From positions 1-42,156 of the forward strand of contig JAUCBJ010008409.1 in the NCBI GenBank assembly GCA_032718475.1: a DNA stretch of 42,156 nt, in the 5' to 3' direction. The notes under the pieces are model-generated. The model saw only the letters and a program-made list of their open reading frames with translations, was not told the DNA's origin and did no database searches. Below, piece by piece: positions 12,107 through 25,348 of this stretch. A program made the position numbers and the translations under genes. This DNA is from Nemertoderma westbladi (Eukaryota > Animalia > Xenacoelomorpha). Within the stretch, counting starts at the first letter, position 1. Every line of letters begins with the position of its first letter.

Positions 12107-12902
12107 GTAAATTTACACACTTATATTATTTTGATGATAAATTTAAATATTTAGTTGATGATTAATTGTGACATTTGTTTGTGTATGTCAGTCACAAAAT
12201 TATTGCAATTATTAGCAGCTGCCACAACATTTTGGTATTAGTTTGTGGCTGTCACAACATTACGACAATAATTGTTTGTGACTGTCACAACATTACGACA
12301 ATAATTGTTTGTGGCTGTCACAACATTACGACAATAATTGTTTGTGGCTGTCACAACATTACGACAATTGTTTATTGCTGTCACAACATTACGACAATTG
12401 TTTGTGGCTGTAACAACATTGCGACAATTGTTTGTGGCTGTCACAACATTACGACAATTGTTTGTGGCTGTCACAACCTTGCGACAATTGTTTGTGACTG
12501 TCACAACATTACGATATTTTTTGTGGCTGTCATAATATTGCGACAATTGTTTGTGGCTGTCACAATATTGCGACAATTGTTTTTGGCTGTCAAAACATTA
12601 CGACAATTGTTTGTGGCTGTCACAACATTCGGACAATTGTTTGTGGCTGTCACAACATTGCGACAAATGTTTGTGGCTGTCACAACATTCAGACAATTGT
12701 TTGTGGCTGTTACAAAATTACTACAATTGATTGTGGCTGTCACAATATTCCGAAGTTGTTTGTGACTGTCCCAACACAGTTAGTTTTAGCTGTGAGATTT
12801 TGTGTGTGAAACTACCATGGTAAGAGGTTTGCAAGAGTTACTTTTTGCAAACCTGCAAGCATTGTTTATTAACACAATCCAATGTATCTATATTTTTTCT
12901 AG

Positions 12903-13031
12903 TTTAACGAAGAAATTGACGACATAACGGATAATATTCCGTTGATATTGGGTGGCTCTGCTGCTCCTGATAAGCAACCGATCTGCACAAGCGATCTTGA
13001 TCTGCTCGATGAACCCACCGCTGATAAGGAG
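12903..13031 (+). CDS. Putative 129-nt exon, copy 3
   Basis: Same as copy 1. ACCATG|GTAAGA lies 83 nt upstream. Confidence 0.5.
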
Positions 13032-14576
13032 GTAAATTTACACACTTATATTATTTTGATGATAAATTTAAATATTTAGTTGATGATTAATTGTGACATT
13101 TGTTTGTGTATGTCAGTCACAAAATTATTGCAATTATTAGCAGCTGCCACAACATTTTGGTATTAGTTTGTGGCTGTCACAACATTACGACAATAATTGT
13201 TTGTGACTGTCACAACATTACGACAATAATTGTTTGTGGCTGTCACAACATTACGACAATAATTGTTTGTGGCTGTCACAACATTACTACAATTGTTTGT
13301 AGCTGTGGCAAGATTGCGATAATTGTTTTTTGCTTTCACAACATTACGACAATAATTGTTTGTGGCTGTCACGACATTCGGACAATTGTTTGTGGCTGTC
13401 ACAACATTACGACAATTGTTTGTAGCTGTCACAACATTGCAACAATTGTTTGTGGCTGTCTCAACATTACGAAAATTGTTTGTAGCTGTCCCGGTTGCAC
13501 GGCATACTGCAACACAGCAGTTGTTCGTTGCTGATACAGAATTTCTCCATTGTTTGTGCGTATCACAAAACTACGACTATTGTTTGTGGCTGTCATAACA
13601 TTCTGACAATTGTTTGCGGCTGTCACAACATTCTGAAATTGTTTGTGACTGTCACGACATTACGACAAGTTTTTGTGGCTGTCACAATATTGCGACAATT
13701 GTTTGTGGCTCTCACAATATTGAGACAATTGTTTGTGGCTGTCACAACATTACGACAATTGTTTGTGGCTGTCACAACATTACGACAATTGTTTGTGGCT
13801 TTTAAAACATTACGAAAATTGTTTGTAGCTGTCACAACATTGCGACAATTGTTTGTGGCTGTCTCAACAGTACGAAAATTGTTTGTAGCTGTCCCGGTTG
13901 CACGGCATACTGCAACACAGCAGTTGTTTGTGGCTGATACAGAATTTATCCATTGTTTGTGCGTATCACAAAACTACGACTATTGTTTGTGGCTGTCATA
14001 ACATTCTGGCAATTGTTTGCGGCTGTCACAACATTCTGAAATTGTTTGTGACTGTCACAACATTACGACAATTATATGTGGCTGTCATAATATTGCGACA
14101 ATTGGTTGTGGCTGTCACAATATTGCGACAATTGCTTGTGGCTGTCACAACATTACTACAATTGTTTGTGGCTGTCACAACATTACGACAATTGTTTGTG
14201 GCTGTCACAACATTCGGACAATTGTTTGTGGCTGTCACAACATTACGACAATTGTTTGTGGCTGTTACAACATTGCGACAATTGTTTGTGGCTGTCACAA
14301 CATTCGGACAATTGTTTGTGGCAGTCCCAACATTGCGACAAATGTTTGTGGATGTCACAACATTCAGACAATTGTTTGTGGCTGTCACAAAATTACTACA
14401 ATTGATTGTGGCTGTCACAATATTCGGAAAATTTTGTTAGTGTCCCAACACAGTTAGTTTTAGCTGTGAGATTTTGTGTGTGAAACTACCATGGTAAGAG
14501 GTTTGCAAGAGTTACTCTTTGCAAACCTGCAAGCATTGTTTATTAACACAATCCAATGTATCTATATTTTTTCTAG

Positions 14577-14705
14577 TTTAACGAAGAAATTGACGACATA
14601 ACGGATAATATTCCGTTGATATTGGGTGGCTCTGCTGCTCCTGTTAAGCAAACGATCTGCATAAGCGATGTTGATCTGCTCGATGACCTCACCGCTGATA
14701 AAGAG
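14577..14705 (+). CDS. Putative 129-nt exon, copy 4 (diverged: ..APVKQTICISDVDLLDDLTADKE)
   Basis: Splice sites and open frame retained despite several substitutions. Confidence 0.5.
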
Positions 14706-17700
14706 GTAAATTTACACATTTATATTATTTTGATGATAAATTTAAAAGTTTATTTGAAGATTAATTCTAATATTACGGCAATTGTTTGTAGCTGTCACAA
14801 TATTACGACAATTGTTTGAAGCTGTCACAATATTACGACAATTGTTTGTGGCTGTCACAACATTACTACAATTGTTTGTGGCTGTCACAATATTGAGACA
14901 ATTGTTTGTGGCTTTCACAACATTACGACAATTGTTTGTGACTGTCACAACATTACGACAATTGTTTGTGGCTGTCACAACATTGTGACAATTGATTGTG
15001 GCTGTCACAATATTACGACAATTGTTTGTAGCTGTCACAATATTACGACAATTGTTTGAAGCTGTCACAATATTACGACAATTGTTTGTGGCTGTCGCAA
15101 CATTACGACAATTGTTTGTGGCTGTCACAAAATTGTGACAATTGATTGTGGTTGTCACAATATTACGACAATTGTTTGTAGCTGTCACAATAATACGACA
15201 ATTGTTTGTAGCTGTCACAATATTACTACGGCAATTGTTTGTGGCTGTTACAACATTCCTGCAATTTTTGTGGATGTCACAATATTACGACAATTGTTTG
15301 TAGCTGTCACAATATTACGACAATTGTTTGTAGCTGTCACAATATTACGACAATTGTTTGTGGCTGTCGCAACATTACGACAATTATTTGTGGCTGTCAC
15401 AACATTGTGACAATTGATTGTGGCTGTCACAATATTAGGACAATTGTTTGTAGCTGTCACAATATTACGACAATTCTTTGTGGCTGTCATTACATTGCGT
15501 CAATTGTTTGAGGCTGTCACAATATTGCTACAATTGTTTGTGGTTGTCACAACATTGCGACAATTGTATGTGGCTGTCACAACATTGTGACAATTGATTG
15601 TGGCTGTCAGAATATTGCGATAATTATTTGTGGCTGTCGCAACATTACGACACTTGTTTGTGGCTGTCACAACATTCGGACAATTGTTTGTGGCCATCAC
15701 AACATTACGACAATTTTTTGTGGCTGTCACAATATTATGACAATTGTTTGTGACTGTCGTAACATTACGACAATTGTTTGTGGCTCTCACAACATTCGGA
15801 CAATTGTTTGTGGCCGTCACAACATTACGACAATTGTTTGTGGTTGTCACAATATTGCTACAATTGTTTGTGGCTGTCACAATATTGCGACAATTGTTTG
15901 TGACTGTCACAACATTACGACAATTTTTTGTGGCTGTCACAATATTGCAACAATTGTTTGTGGCTGTCACATTATTGAGACAATTGTTTGTGGCTTTCAC
16001 AACATTACGACAATTGTTTGTGGCTGTCACAACATTACGACAATTGTTTGTGGCTTTCAAAACATTACGAAAATTGTTTGTAGCTGTAACAACATTGCGA
16101 CAATTGTTTGTGGCTGTCTCAACATTACGAAAATTGTTTGTAGCTGTCACAACATTGCGACAATTGTTTGTGGCAGTCTCAACATTACGAAAATTGTTTG
16201 TAGCTGTCCCGGTTGCACGGCATACTGCAACACAGCAGTTGTTGGTGGCTGATACAGAATTTCTCCATTGTTTGTGCGTATCACAAAACTACGACTATTG
16301 TTTGTGGCTGTCATAACATTCTGACAATTGTTTGCGGCTGTCACAACATTCTGAAATTGTTTGTGACTGTCACGACATTACTACAATTTTTTGTGGCTGT
16401 CTCAACATTACGAAAATTGTTTGTAGCTGTCCCGGTTGCACGGCATACTGCAACACAGCAGTTGTTCGTGGCTGATACAGAATTTCTCCATTGTTTGTGC
16501 GTATCACAAAACTACGACTATTGTTTGTGGCTGTCATAACATTCTGACAATTGTTTGCTTGCGGCTGTCACAACATTCTGAAATTGTTTGTGACTGTCAC
16601 GACATTACTACAATTTTTTGTGGCTGTCACAATATTGCGACAATTGTTTGTGGCTGTCTGTCACAATATTGCGACAATTGTTTATGGCTGTCACAATATT
16701 GAGACAATTGTTTGTGGCTGTCACAACATTACGACAATTGTTTGTGGCTTTCAAAATATTACGAAAATTGTTTGTAGCTGTCACAACATTACGACAATTG
16801 TTTGTGGCTGTCACAACATTACGACAATTGTTTGTGGCTTTCAAAACATTACGAAAATTGTTTGTAGCTGTAACAACATTGCGACAATTGTTTGTGGCTT
16901 TCAAAACATTACGAAAATTGTTTGTAGCTGTCACAACATTGCGACAATTGTTTATGGCTGTCTCAACATTACGAAAATTGTTTGTAGCTGTCCCGGTTGC
17001 ACGGCATACTGCAACACAGCAGTTGTTCGTGGCTGATACAGAATTTCTCCATTGTTTGTGCGTATCACAAAACTACGACTATTGTTTGTGGCTGTCATAA
17101 CATTCTGACAATTGTTTGCGGCTGTCACAACATTCTGAAATTGTTTGTGACTGTCACGACATTACTACAATTTTTTGTGGCTGTCACAATATTGCGACAA
17201 TTGTTTGTGGCTGTCTGTCACAATATTGCGACAATTGTTTATGGCTGTCACAATATTGAGACAATTGTTTGTGGCTGTCACAACATTACGACAATTGTTT
17301 GTGGCTTTCAAAATATTACGAAAATTGTTTGTAGCTGTCACAACATTACGACAATTGTTTGTGGCTGTCACAACATTACGACAATTGTTTGTGGCTTTCA
17401 AAACATTACGAAAATTGTTTGTAGCTGTAACAACATTGCGACAATTGTTTGTGGCTGTCTCAACATTACGAAAATTGTTTGTAGCTGTCACAACATTGCG
17501 ACAATTGTTTGTGGCAGTCTCAACATTACGAAAATTGTTTGTAGCTGTCCCGGTTGCACGGCATACTGCAACACAGCAGTTGTTGGTGGCTGATACAGAA
17601 TTTCTCCATTGTTTGTGCGTATCACACAACTACGACTATTGTTTGTGGCTGTCATAACATTCTGGCAATTGTTTGCGGCTGTCACAACATTCTGAAATTG

Positions 17701-18196
17701 TTTGTGACTGTCACAACATAACGACAATTTTTTGTGGCTGTCATAATATTGCGACAATTGTTTGCGGCTGTCACAATATTGCGACAATTGCTTGTGGCTG
17801 TATTACTACAATTGTTTGTGGCTGTCACAACATTACGACAATTGTTTGTGGCTATCACAACATTCGGACAATTGTTTGTGGCTGTTACAACATTGCGACA
17901 ATTGTTTGTGGCTGCCACAACATTCGGAAAATTGTTTGTGGCAGTCCCAACATTGCGACAAATGTTTGTGGCTGCCACAACATTCAGACAATTGTTTGTG
18001 GCTGTCACAAAATTACTACAATTGATTGTGGCTGTGACAATATTCGGAAAATTTTGTTAGTGTCCCAACACAGTTAGTTTTAGCTGTGAGATTTTGTGTG
18101 TGAAACTACCATGGTAAGAGGTTTGCAAGAGTTACTTTTTGCAAACCTGCAAGCATTGTTTATTGACACAATCCAATGTATCTATATTTTTTCTAG

Positions 18197-18325
18197 TTTA
18201 ACGAAGAAATTGACGACATAACGGATAATATTCCGTTGATATTGGGTGGCTCTGCTGCTCCTGATAAGCAACCGATCTGCATAAGCAATCTTGATCTGCT
18301 CGATGACCTCACCGCTGATAAAGAG
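18197..18325 (+). CDS. Putative 129-nt exon, copy 5 (..APDKQPICISNLDLLDDLTADKE)
   Basis: Splice sites and open frame retained. Confidence 0.5.
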
Positions 18326-21228
18326 GTAAATTTACACACTTATATTATTTTGATGATAAATTTAAAAGTTTATTTGAAGATTAATTCTAATATTACGGCA
18401 ATTGTTTGTGGCTGTTACAACATTTGGACAATTGTTTGTGGCCGTCACAACATTGTGACAATTGATTGTGGCTGTCACAATATTACGACAATTGTTTGTG
18501 GCTGTCACAATATTACGACAATTGTTTGTGGCCGTCACAACATTGTGACAATTGATTGTGGCTGTCACAATATTACGACAATTGTTTGTGGCTGTCACAA
18601 TATTACGACAATTGTTTGTGGCTGTCACAATATTACGACAATTGTTTGTAGCTGTCACAATGTTACGACAATTGTTTGTGGCTGTCACAATATTACGACA
18701 ATTGTTTGTGGCTGTCACAATATTACGACAATTGTTTGTAGCTGTCACAATGTTACGACAATTGTTTGTGGCTGTCGCAACAATACGACAATGGTTTGTG
18801 GCTGTCACAACATTGTGACAATTGATTGTGGCTGTCACAATATTACGACAATTGTTTGTAGCTGTCACAATATTACGACAATTCTTTGTGGCTGTCATTA
18901 CATGACGTCAATTGTTTGAGGCTGTCATAATATTGCTACAATTGTTTGTGGTTGTCACAACATTGCGACAATTGTTTGTGGCTGTCACAACATTGTGACA
19001 ATTGATTGTGGCTGTCAGAATATTGCGACAATTGTTTGCGGCTGTCGCAACATTACGACAATTGTTTCTGGCTGTCACAACATTCGGACAATTGTTTGTG
19101 GCCGTCACAACATTACAACAATTTTTTGTGGCTGTCACAATATTACGACAATTGTTTGTGACTGTCGCAACATTACGACAATTGTTTGTGGCTGTCACAA
19201 CATTCGGACAATTGTTTGTGGCCGTCACAACATTACGACAATTGTTTGTGGTTGTCACAACACTACGACAATTATTGTTTGTAGCTGTCACAATATTACG
19301 ACAATTGTTTGTGGCTGTCACAATATTACGACAATTGTTTGTAGCTGTCACAATGTTACGACAATTGTTTGTGGCTGTCACAATATTACGACAATTGTTT
19401 GTGGCTGTCACAATATTGCGACAATTGTTTGTAGCTGTCACAATGTTACGACAATTGTTTGTGGCTGTCGCAACATTACGATAATGGTTTGTGGCTGTCA
19501 CAACATTGTGACAATTGATTGTGGCTGTCACAATATTACGACAATTGTTTGTAGCTGTCACAATATTACGACAATTCTTTGTGGCTGTCATTACATGACG
19601 TCAATTGTTTGAGGCTGTCATAATATTGCTACAATTGTTTGTGGTTGTCACAACATTGCGACAATTGTTTGTGGCTGTCACAACATTGTGACAATTGATT
19701 GTGGCTGTCAGAATATTGCGACAATTGTTTGTGGCTGTCACAACATTCGGACAATTGTTTGTGGCCGTCACAACATTACAACAATTTTTTGTGGCTGTCA
19801 CAATATTACGACAATTGTTTGTGACTGTCGCAACATTACGACAATTGTTTGTGGCTGTCACAACATTCGGACAATTGTTTGTGGCCGTCACAACATTACG
19901 ACAATTGTTTGTGGTTGTCACAACACTACGACAATTGTTTGTGGCTATCACAATATTCGGACAATTGTTTGTGGCCGTCACAACATTACGACAATTGTTT
20001 GTAGCTGTCACAATATTACGACAATTGTTTGTGGCTGTCGCAACATTACGACAATTGTTTGTGGCTGTCACAACATTCGGACAATTGTTTGTGGCCGTCA
20101 CAACATTACGACAATTATTTGTGGTTGTCACAACATTACGACAATTTTTTGCGGCTGTCACAACAATCCGGCAATTGTTTGCGGCTGTCACAACATTCCG
20201 GAAATTGTTTGTAGCTGACACAACAATACGACAATTATTTGTGGCTGTCACACCATTACGACAATTGTTTGTGGCTGTCACAACATTCCGACAATTGTTT
20301 GCGGCTGTTACAATATTACGACATTTGTTTGTGGCTGTCACAACATTGCGACAATTTGTTGTGGCTGTCACAACATTACGAAAATTGATTTCTGCTGTCA
20401 AAATATTCCGACAATTATTTGCGGCTGTCACAATATTACGACAATTGTTTGTGGCTGTCACAACATTACGACAATTGTTTGTGGCTGTCACAACCTTGCG
20501 ACAATTGTTTGTGGCTGTCACAACATTGCGACAATTTGTTGTGGCTGTCACAACATTTCGACAATTTTTTGTGGCTGTCACAACATTCCGGCAATTGAAC
20601 GTGGCTGTCACAATATTACGACAATTATTTGTAGCTGTCACAATACTGCGACAATTGTTTGTGGCTGTCACAACATTGCGACAATTTGTTGGGGCTGTCA
20701 CATCATTTCGACAATTTTTTGTGGCTGTCACAACATTCCGGCAATTGTACGTGGCTGTCTCAACATTCCGACAATTGTTTGTAGCTGTCACGGTTGCACG
20801 GCAGACTGCAACACTGCAGTTGTTTGTGGCTGATACAGAATTCCTCCATTGTTTGTGCGTATCACAAAACTACGACTATTGTTTGTGGCTGTCACAACAT
20901 TCCGGCAATTGTTTGCAGCTGTTACAACATTTCTGCAATTTTTTGTGGCTGTCACAATATTACTACAATTGTTTGTAGCTGTCACAACTTTGCGATAATA
21001 ATTGTTTGTGGCAGTCACAAAATTACTACAACTGTTTTTAGCTGTCACAACATTGCGACAATTGTTTGTTGCTTTCACAACATTACGACAATAATTGTTT
21101 GTGGTTGTGACAAAATTACTACAATTATTTGTGGCTGTCACAACATTGCAACAATATTTGTTTGTGGCTGTGACAAAATTACTGCAATTGTTTGTGGCTG
21201 TCACAATATTCCGAAATTGTTTGCCCAA

Positions 21229-21698
21229 AAGTGGGGGTGTTGGGGACGATAGCCCCCAAGAAAATAAGTGGTGGTGTTGGGGACGATAGCCCCCAAGAAA
21301 AGAAGTGGGGGTGTTGGGGACGCTAGCCCCCAAGAAAAGAAATGGGGGTGTTGGGGACGATAGCCCCCAAGAAAAGAAGTGGGGGTGTTGGGGACGATAG
21401 CCCCCAAGAAAAGAAGTGGGGGTGTTGGGGACGATAGCCCCCAAGAAAAGAAGTGGGGGTGTTGGGGACGATAGCCCCCAAGAAAAGAAGTGGGGGGTTG
21501 GGGACGATAGCCCCCACGAAAATAAGTGGGGGTGTTGGGGACGATAGCCCCCAAGAAAAGAAGTGGGGGTGTTGGGGACGATAGCCCCCAAGAAAAGAAG
21601 TGGGGGTGTTGGGGACAATAGCTCCCAAGAAAAGATGTGGGGGTGTTGCGGACGATAGCCCCCAAGAAACGAAGTGGGGGTGTTGGGGACGATAGCCC
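21229..21698. repeat. 37-bp satellite, array 2 (about 13 units)
   Basis: Same unit and orientation as array 1. Joined to the 30-bp satellite through about 5 nt (GTTTG-CCCAA-AAGTGGGGG). Confidence 0.95.
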
Positions 21699-22180
21699 TT
21701 ATGTTATACTGTTACCCTTTACTCATAGCCATAGATCATTTTAGGCATATTGATTCTGAAAAAACGGAGAAGACCCTATAATAGTCAATGTGGGCCAGTC
21801 TGAATGAATACAAAGGTTTTCTTCACATAATGTTAATATTGGTGCTTTAACGTACTTGTAGCTCATTCACATTTGACTTAAGACATATATATGTGAAGTC
21901 ATTGCATTTTACTCATAGCCAGACTTCTATCATATTAAAGTTATTAATCAAACGGCAAGCCGACTTCAGGGCGCGACAATGCATTTCGTGCACTGACTGA
22001 GAAATAAAGGAGTTTCTTTACGCCCGACTCTATCTGTTTTATTATACAATCCAATTAATTTCTCCCACTAGGGGCATCATCAGGGAAATAAACTAAAAAA
22101 ACAGAAATACCGCACAAGTTATTTAAGATGAGGAAGACTTGTAAGTATGGCTTGGAGTATATTATATAAACCTAAAATGG
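21699..22180 (+). repeat. Unique-sequence right flank of the 37-bp satellite, copy B
   Basis: Matches 7397-7874; homology ends abruptly after CCTAAAATGG. Confidence 0.93.
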
Positions 22181-22569
22181 CTAATTAGAATAAATTTGAA
22201 TAAATCATGTTCGATTATAAATTATACAAATTATGTATTTATATTTATATTTATTTTATTTATTATTATTTATGTATTTTGCTATATTTACCTCACCGGC
22301 TCGGCACTCGGTAAATACCTGGATAAGGTAGAAAGTAGCAAAAATAATCAGAAAGCGGGAATTTGTAAATAACACATACAATGCAAAAAATTATAAAGTC
22401 ACACACACATCGCAACCACCCCTCCGACGCCCCTTAGCAGATGTTTTGTAATTTTCATTTCGTGTGTGAAAAAAACATGACACAAACTCTGCAAATTGTT
22501 GATGTGAAGATATAATGAATTTTACAGTTAGTAAAATTAAAAATTCAGTGTGTGAAAGAACCATGGCGG

Positions 22570-22640
22570 GTGTGCGTGTAGGGGTGTGCGTGTGCGTGTG
22601 TGTGTGTGTACGTGTGTGTGTGTGTGTGTGTAGGTGTGTG
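22570..22640. repeat. Imperfect (GT)n microsatellite
   Basis: Directly visible. Confidence 0.85.
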
Positions 22641-23443
22641 GGTGACTCGTGTAAATAGGGGACACACATCATAAATTTGACCCACATACCGGGGACATAC
22701 TGGACGTCCCCGGTCTGTTTTACAGCTAAAATTTATTCAGCGGGTTTTATTTTATATATTTCCAAATTTTCAGTTGAATAGCTTCATGTCCACAGTTTGT
22801 GTTAAACTTGCGGATATTGTTTGTGTTACTTTTGTGTATAAAATGTCCCCGTTATAACACTCTGTGGTGGTTGCCAAATATGTCCCCGTTTTGTATTTGA
22901 TTATAAATGAGGGTGACAGAACCAAAAATATTTATACAAACTGAGTACAATATATACACCGCCATATCTTTCTATCATTAAGTAGTTTTTGCAATAGTCT
23001 CAGCATTAGACAATGAATTAACAATTAAATTAACAATGAAATCTAATTCTTTTATTTCAACGTTCTTCGAAATTTATTTGTAATTATACTCTGACCAAAA
23101 ATATTTATGGATACATGAAATACTACTAATGTAATGTACTAAACTTGTTCTTATACTAAACTCAAATTAATATTTGTTAAACCTTCCTATACGGGAAACA
23201 AAATTTATGGAATATACAGTACTACTACAACAATACCAGTTAAAATATTGTCCTTAAAATAATATCAGTTATTATTGTGAGTTAAACCTTCCCGACGGGT
23301 ATCCAAATTTATGGAATAATATACACTATTATACACTATTATACAGTACTACTACAATAATGCCAGTTAATATATTGCCATTAAAATAATGTCAGTTATT
23401 AATGTAGTTAAAACTTCCTTGACGGGAATCGAGACGATCAATT

Positions 23444-23667
23444 TCAGTTAAATTTGAGTTTGTTTCGTTGTTTATTACGGCAGAAATCTTTTATGTTCCG
23501 CCATGATCGGCTTCCTAGCTTAGGATATTTATCTTTCAGTTGTAATATCTCAGCCTTTCCCGGAAGTTTATTTCCGTGGTTGTTAAGTTCTTTCACTAGT
23601 TCTTTCTCCGCCAAACTCCACGGTTTTCGTACAACATCTTTGCTTTCCAATTTCTTTCGCACTTCCA
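23444..23667 (-). CDS. Terminal exon of an uncharacterised gene; Myb/SANT-like C-terminal domain
   Basis: Acceptor ATTTTCCTTGCAG. Encodes ..RKPWSLAEKELV..LPGKAEI..LGSRSWRNIKDFCRN.. then TGA; the W-S-x-x-E and R-S-W-x-x-I-K pattern is Myb/SANT-like. Confidence 0.65.
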
Positions 23668-23966
23668 CTGCAAGGAAAATTACGTTATTGTAATGACGCT
23701 ACATTGTTAGAGCATGTGATTTATTATATTGACCCTACAGGGTTGTAGTAAACAATCTGTTATGTATCCAAAATTTATTTTTATTTTTTTTTAATATTAA
23801 TCTACATAATACATATTTTACTATTTTATGTAGTTTATTAATTAAAATTATTTAATTAATTAATTCAGCAGCGATTAATTTATTATGTTGATAAATTTAA
23901 AGATTCATTTACAATTGATTGAATCTTAAGGATTTTTACTCTTAAGAATTTTAAGAATATTATTAC

Positions 23967-24080
23967 CTTTCTTTGATGGGAATGGCGTTGATTTAGTTGG
24001 TTTGCGATTTTGGATTAATGGTGATGATTCCTTTGCTGGCTCCTCATCTTCCGAGTCTGTTGTTCCAATTTCCACATCAC
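23967..24080 (-). CDS. Penultimate 114-nt exon of the same gene (DVEIGTTDSEDEEPAKESSPLIQNRKPTKSTPFPSKK)
   Basis: Acceptor TTAATTACAG and donor AAG|GTAATA. Phase 1-1, joins in frame to the exon at 23667. Confidence 0.6.
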
Positions 24081-24282
24081 CTGTAATTAATAATATGGCG
24101 TATTAGCATAAATTATTGTCGTATGCTAAAGTGGTTTTAATTAACTAAAAGACATATAAATTTTGGCAGGTTAAACTGCTAAAGGTCTTCAAAAGCGCGA
24201 ACAACATTACTGTACGTAGCTGTATTAACTCAACCAGCCAAACTCTTATACAGGCTGTACTTATTATTATTAATTATTAATA

Positions 24283-25348
24283 TTGGTTCACGGTCCTTGA
24301 CATAGGTGACCATTATTACCGTAATGTGTGTGTGTGTGTGTGTTAGTGTGTGTGTGTGTGTGTGTGTGTGTCCAGAGCGATATCTCAGTTATTTATTAAT
24401 CAATCGAAACAAAATTTGGACAAAAGTTAGATATAGGGATGGCGAAGGCTCATACAAAAAATTGGGTGTCGAGATGGTATTTGTGCGATGTGAGCGCTAT
24501 ATTTGCGTGTTTTCGCATGGTTTAGGAAAAAGCTATCTTGTCATAGGGAACGCAATGAATGATTCTGATATTTGGCATGGAGGTACCTGAATTATTTGTA
24601 AATCGATTAACGGAGGCCGATTTTTAAATTTGGACCTACATTATGACCTAATTGAAGATTTAATTAAGGTAATTAATTAGCACTGCTAGTACTGTCTGAT
24701 TGTCTGCCTGTAGTAGGCATACCGGACCGGTACTACCTGACCACTGTAGGCCTATCTGCCTATCTTCATACTGTCATAGGTCAGTACAGCAGTAGGTCCT
24801 AGCCTAGCCCTAGCAGTAAATATAATATTTCGCCATGTTCGCAGGCGACTTCGCACTGACTACCAGTAGGCCTATGCAGCTATGCTATGAGATTAACCGT
24901 CCAGTCGTTCAGATGCATATGGTACCGGTACTGGAACGGGTTACGGTTTAATCCTACATTTGTCAATTACGACAATACCGGTACGACTTTGAGTACCGCT
25001 GTACCGGTACGCGGTAGCCTACCGTTACCGGTTGACCGGTAGGCGTAGGCGGTAGACCTACGGTGCGATGGTAGCCAGCCGGTAGGTGGTAGGCTTACCG
25101 TACCAGTATAAATGTTGGCGGATGGCGGGATGACGTCGTGTGGCGCGTAATTACTTACCGGTTGCCGGTAGACGCCTACCCAACTCGTAACTGGTGGTCG
25201 TGGTCGTGGTGGGATGAGCACAGGAGCATGAGGTCGCCTACGATGGGAACAAGTGAAAAGGAAACATAGGCCTACCCGAACGAAAACGTATTATTATTGT
25301 ACTGATTAAGTAGGAGGACCGTGAACCTTCCAGGCTTGCCAGCTTGTT
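24283..25348 (+). mobile_element. Non-autonomous Helentron / DINE-1-like element (HINE)
   Basis: 13-bp subterminal inverted repeats GGTTCACGGTCCT (24285-24297) and AGGACCGTGAACC (25315-25327). (GT)n near the 5' end, 3' stem-loop CAGGCT-TGCC-AGCTTG, TT flanks. Confidence 0.72.

Larger units (their letters stand above)
9181..21223. repeat. 30-bp satellite (33-bp variants) with higher-order structure, interrupted by a LINE and exon-like cassettes
   Basis: Consensus ACAATTGTTTGTGGCTGTCACAACATTACG, with palindrome ACAATTGT and dyad TTGTG..CACAA. Confidence 0.96.

Noticed and set aside
11206-21289. Cys-rich or hydrophobic repeat ORFs (IVCGCHNITT, LFVAVTTLRQ, NNCRNVVTAT)
   Set aside because: Translations of a 30-bp satellite in several frames on both strands, with frequent stops and frameshifts.
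23150-23430. Three degenerate ~110-bp repeats downstream of the minus-strand gene
   Set aside because: Real but AT-rich and decayed, with no sign of function.
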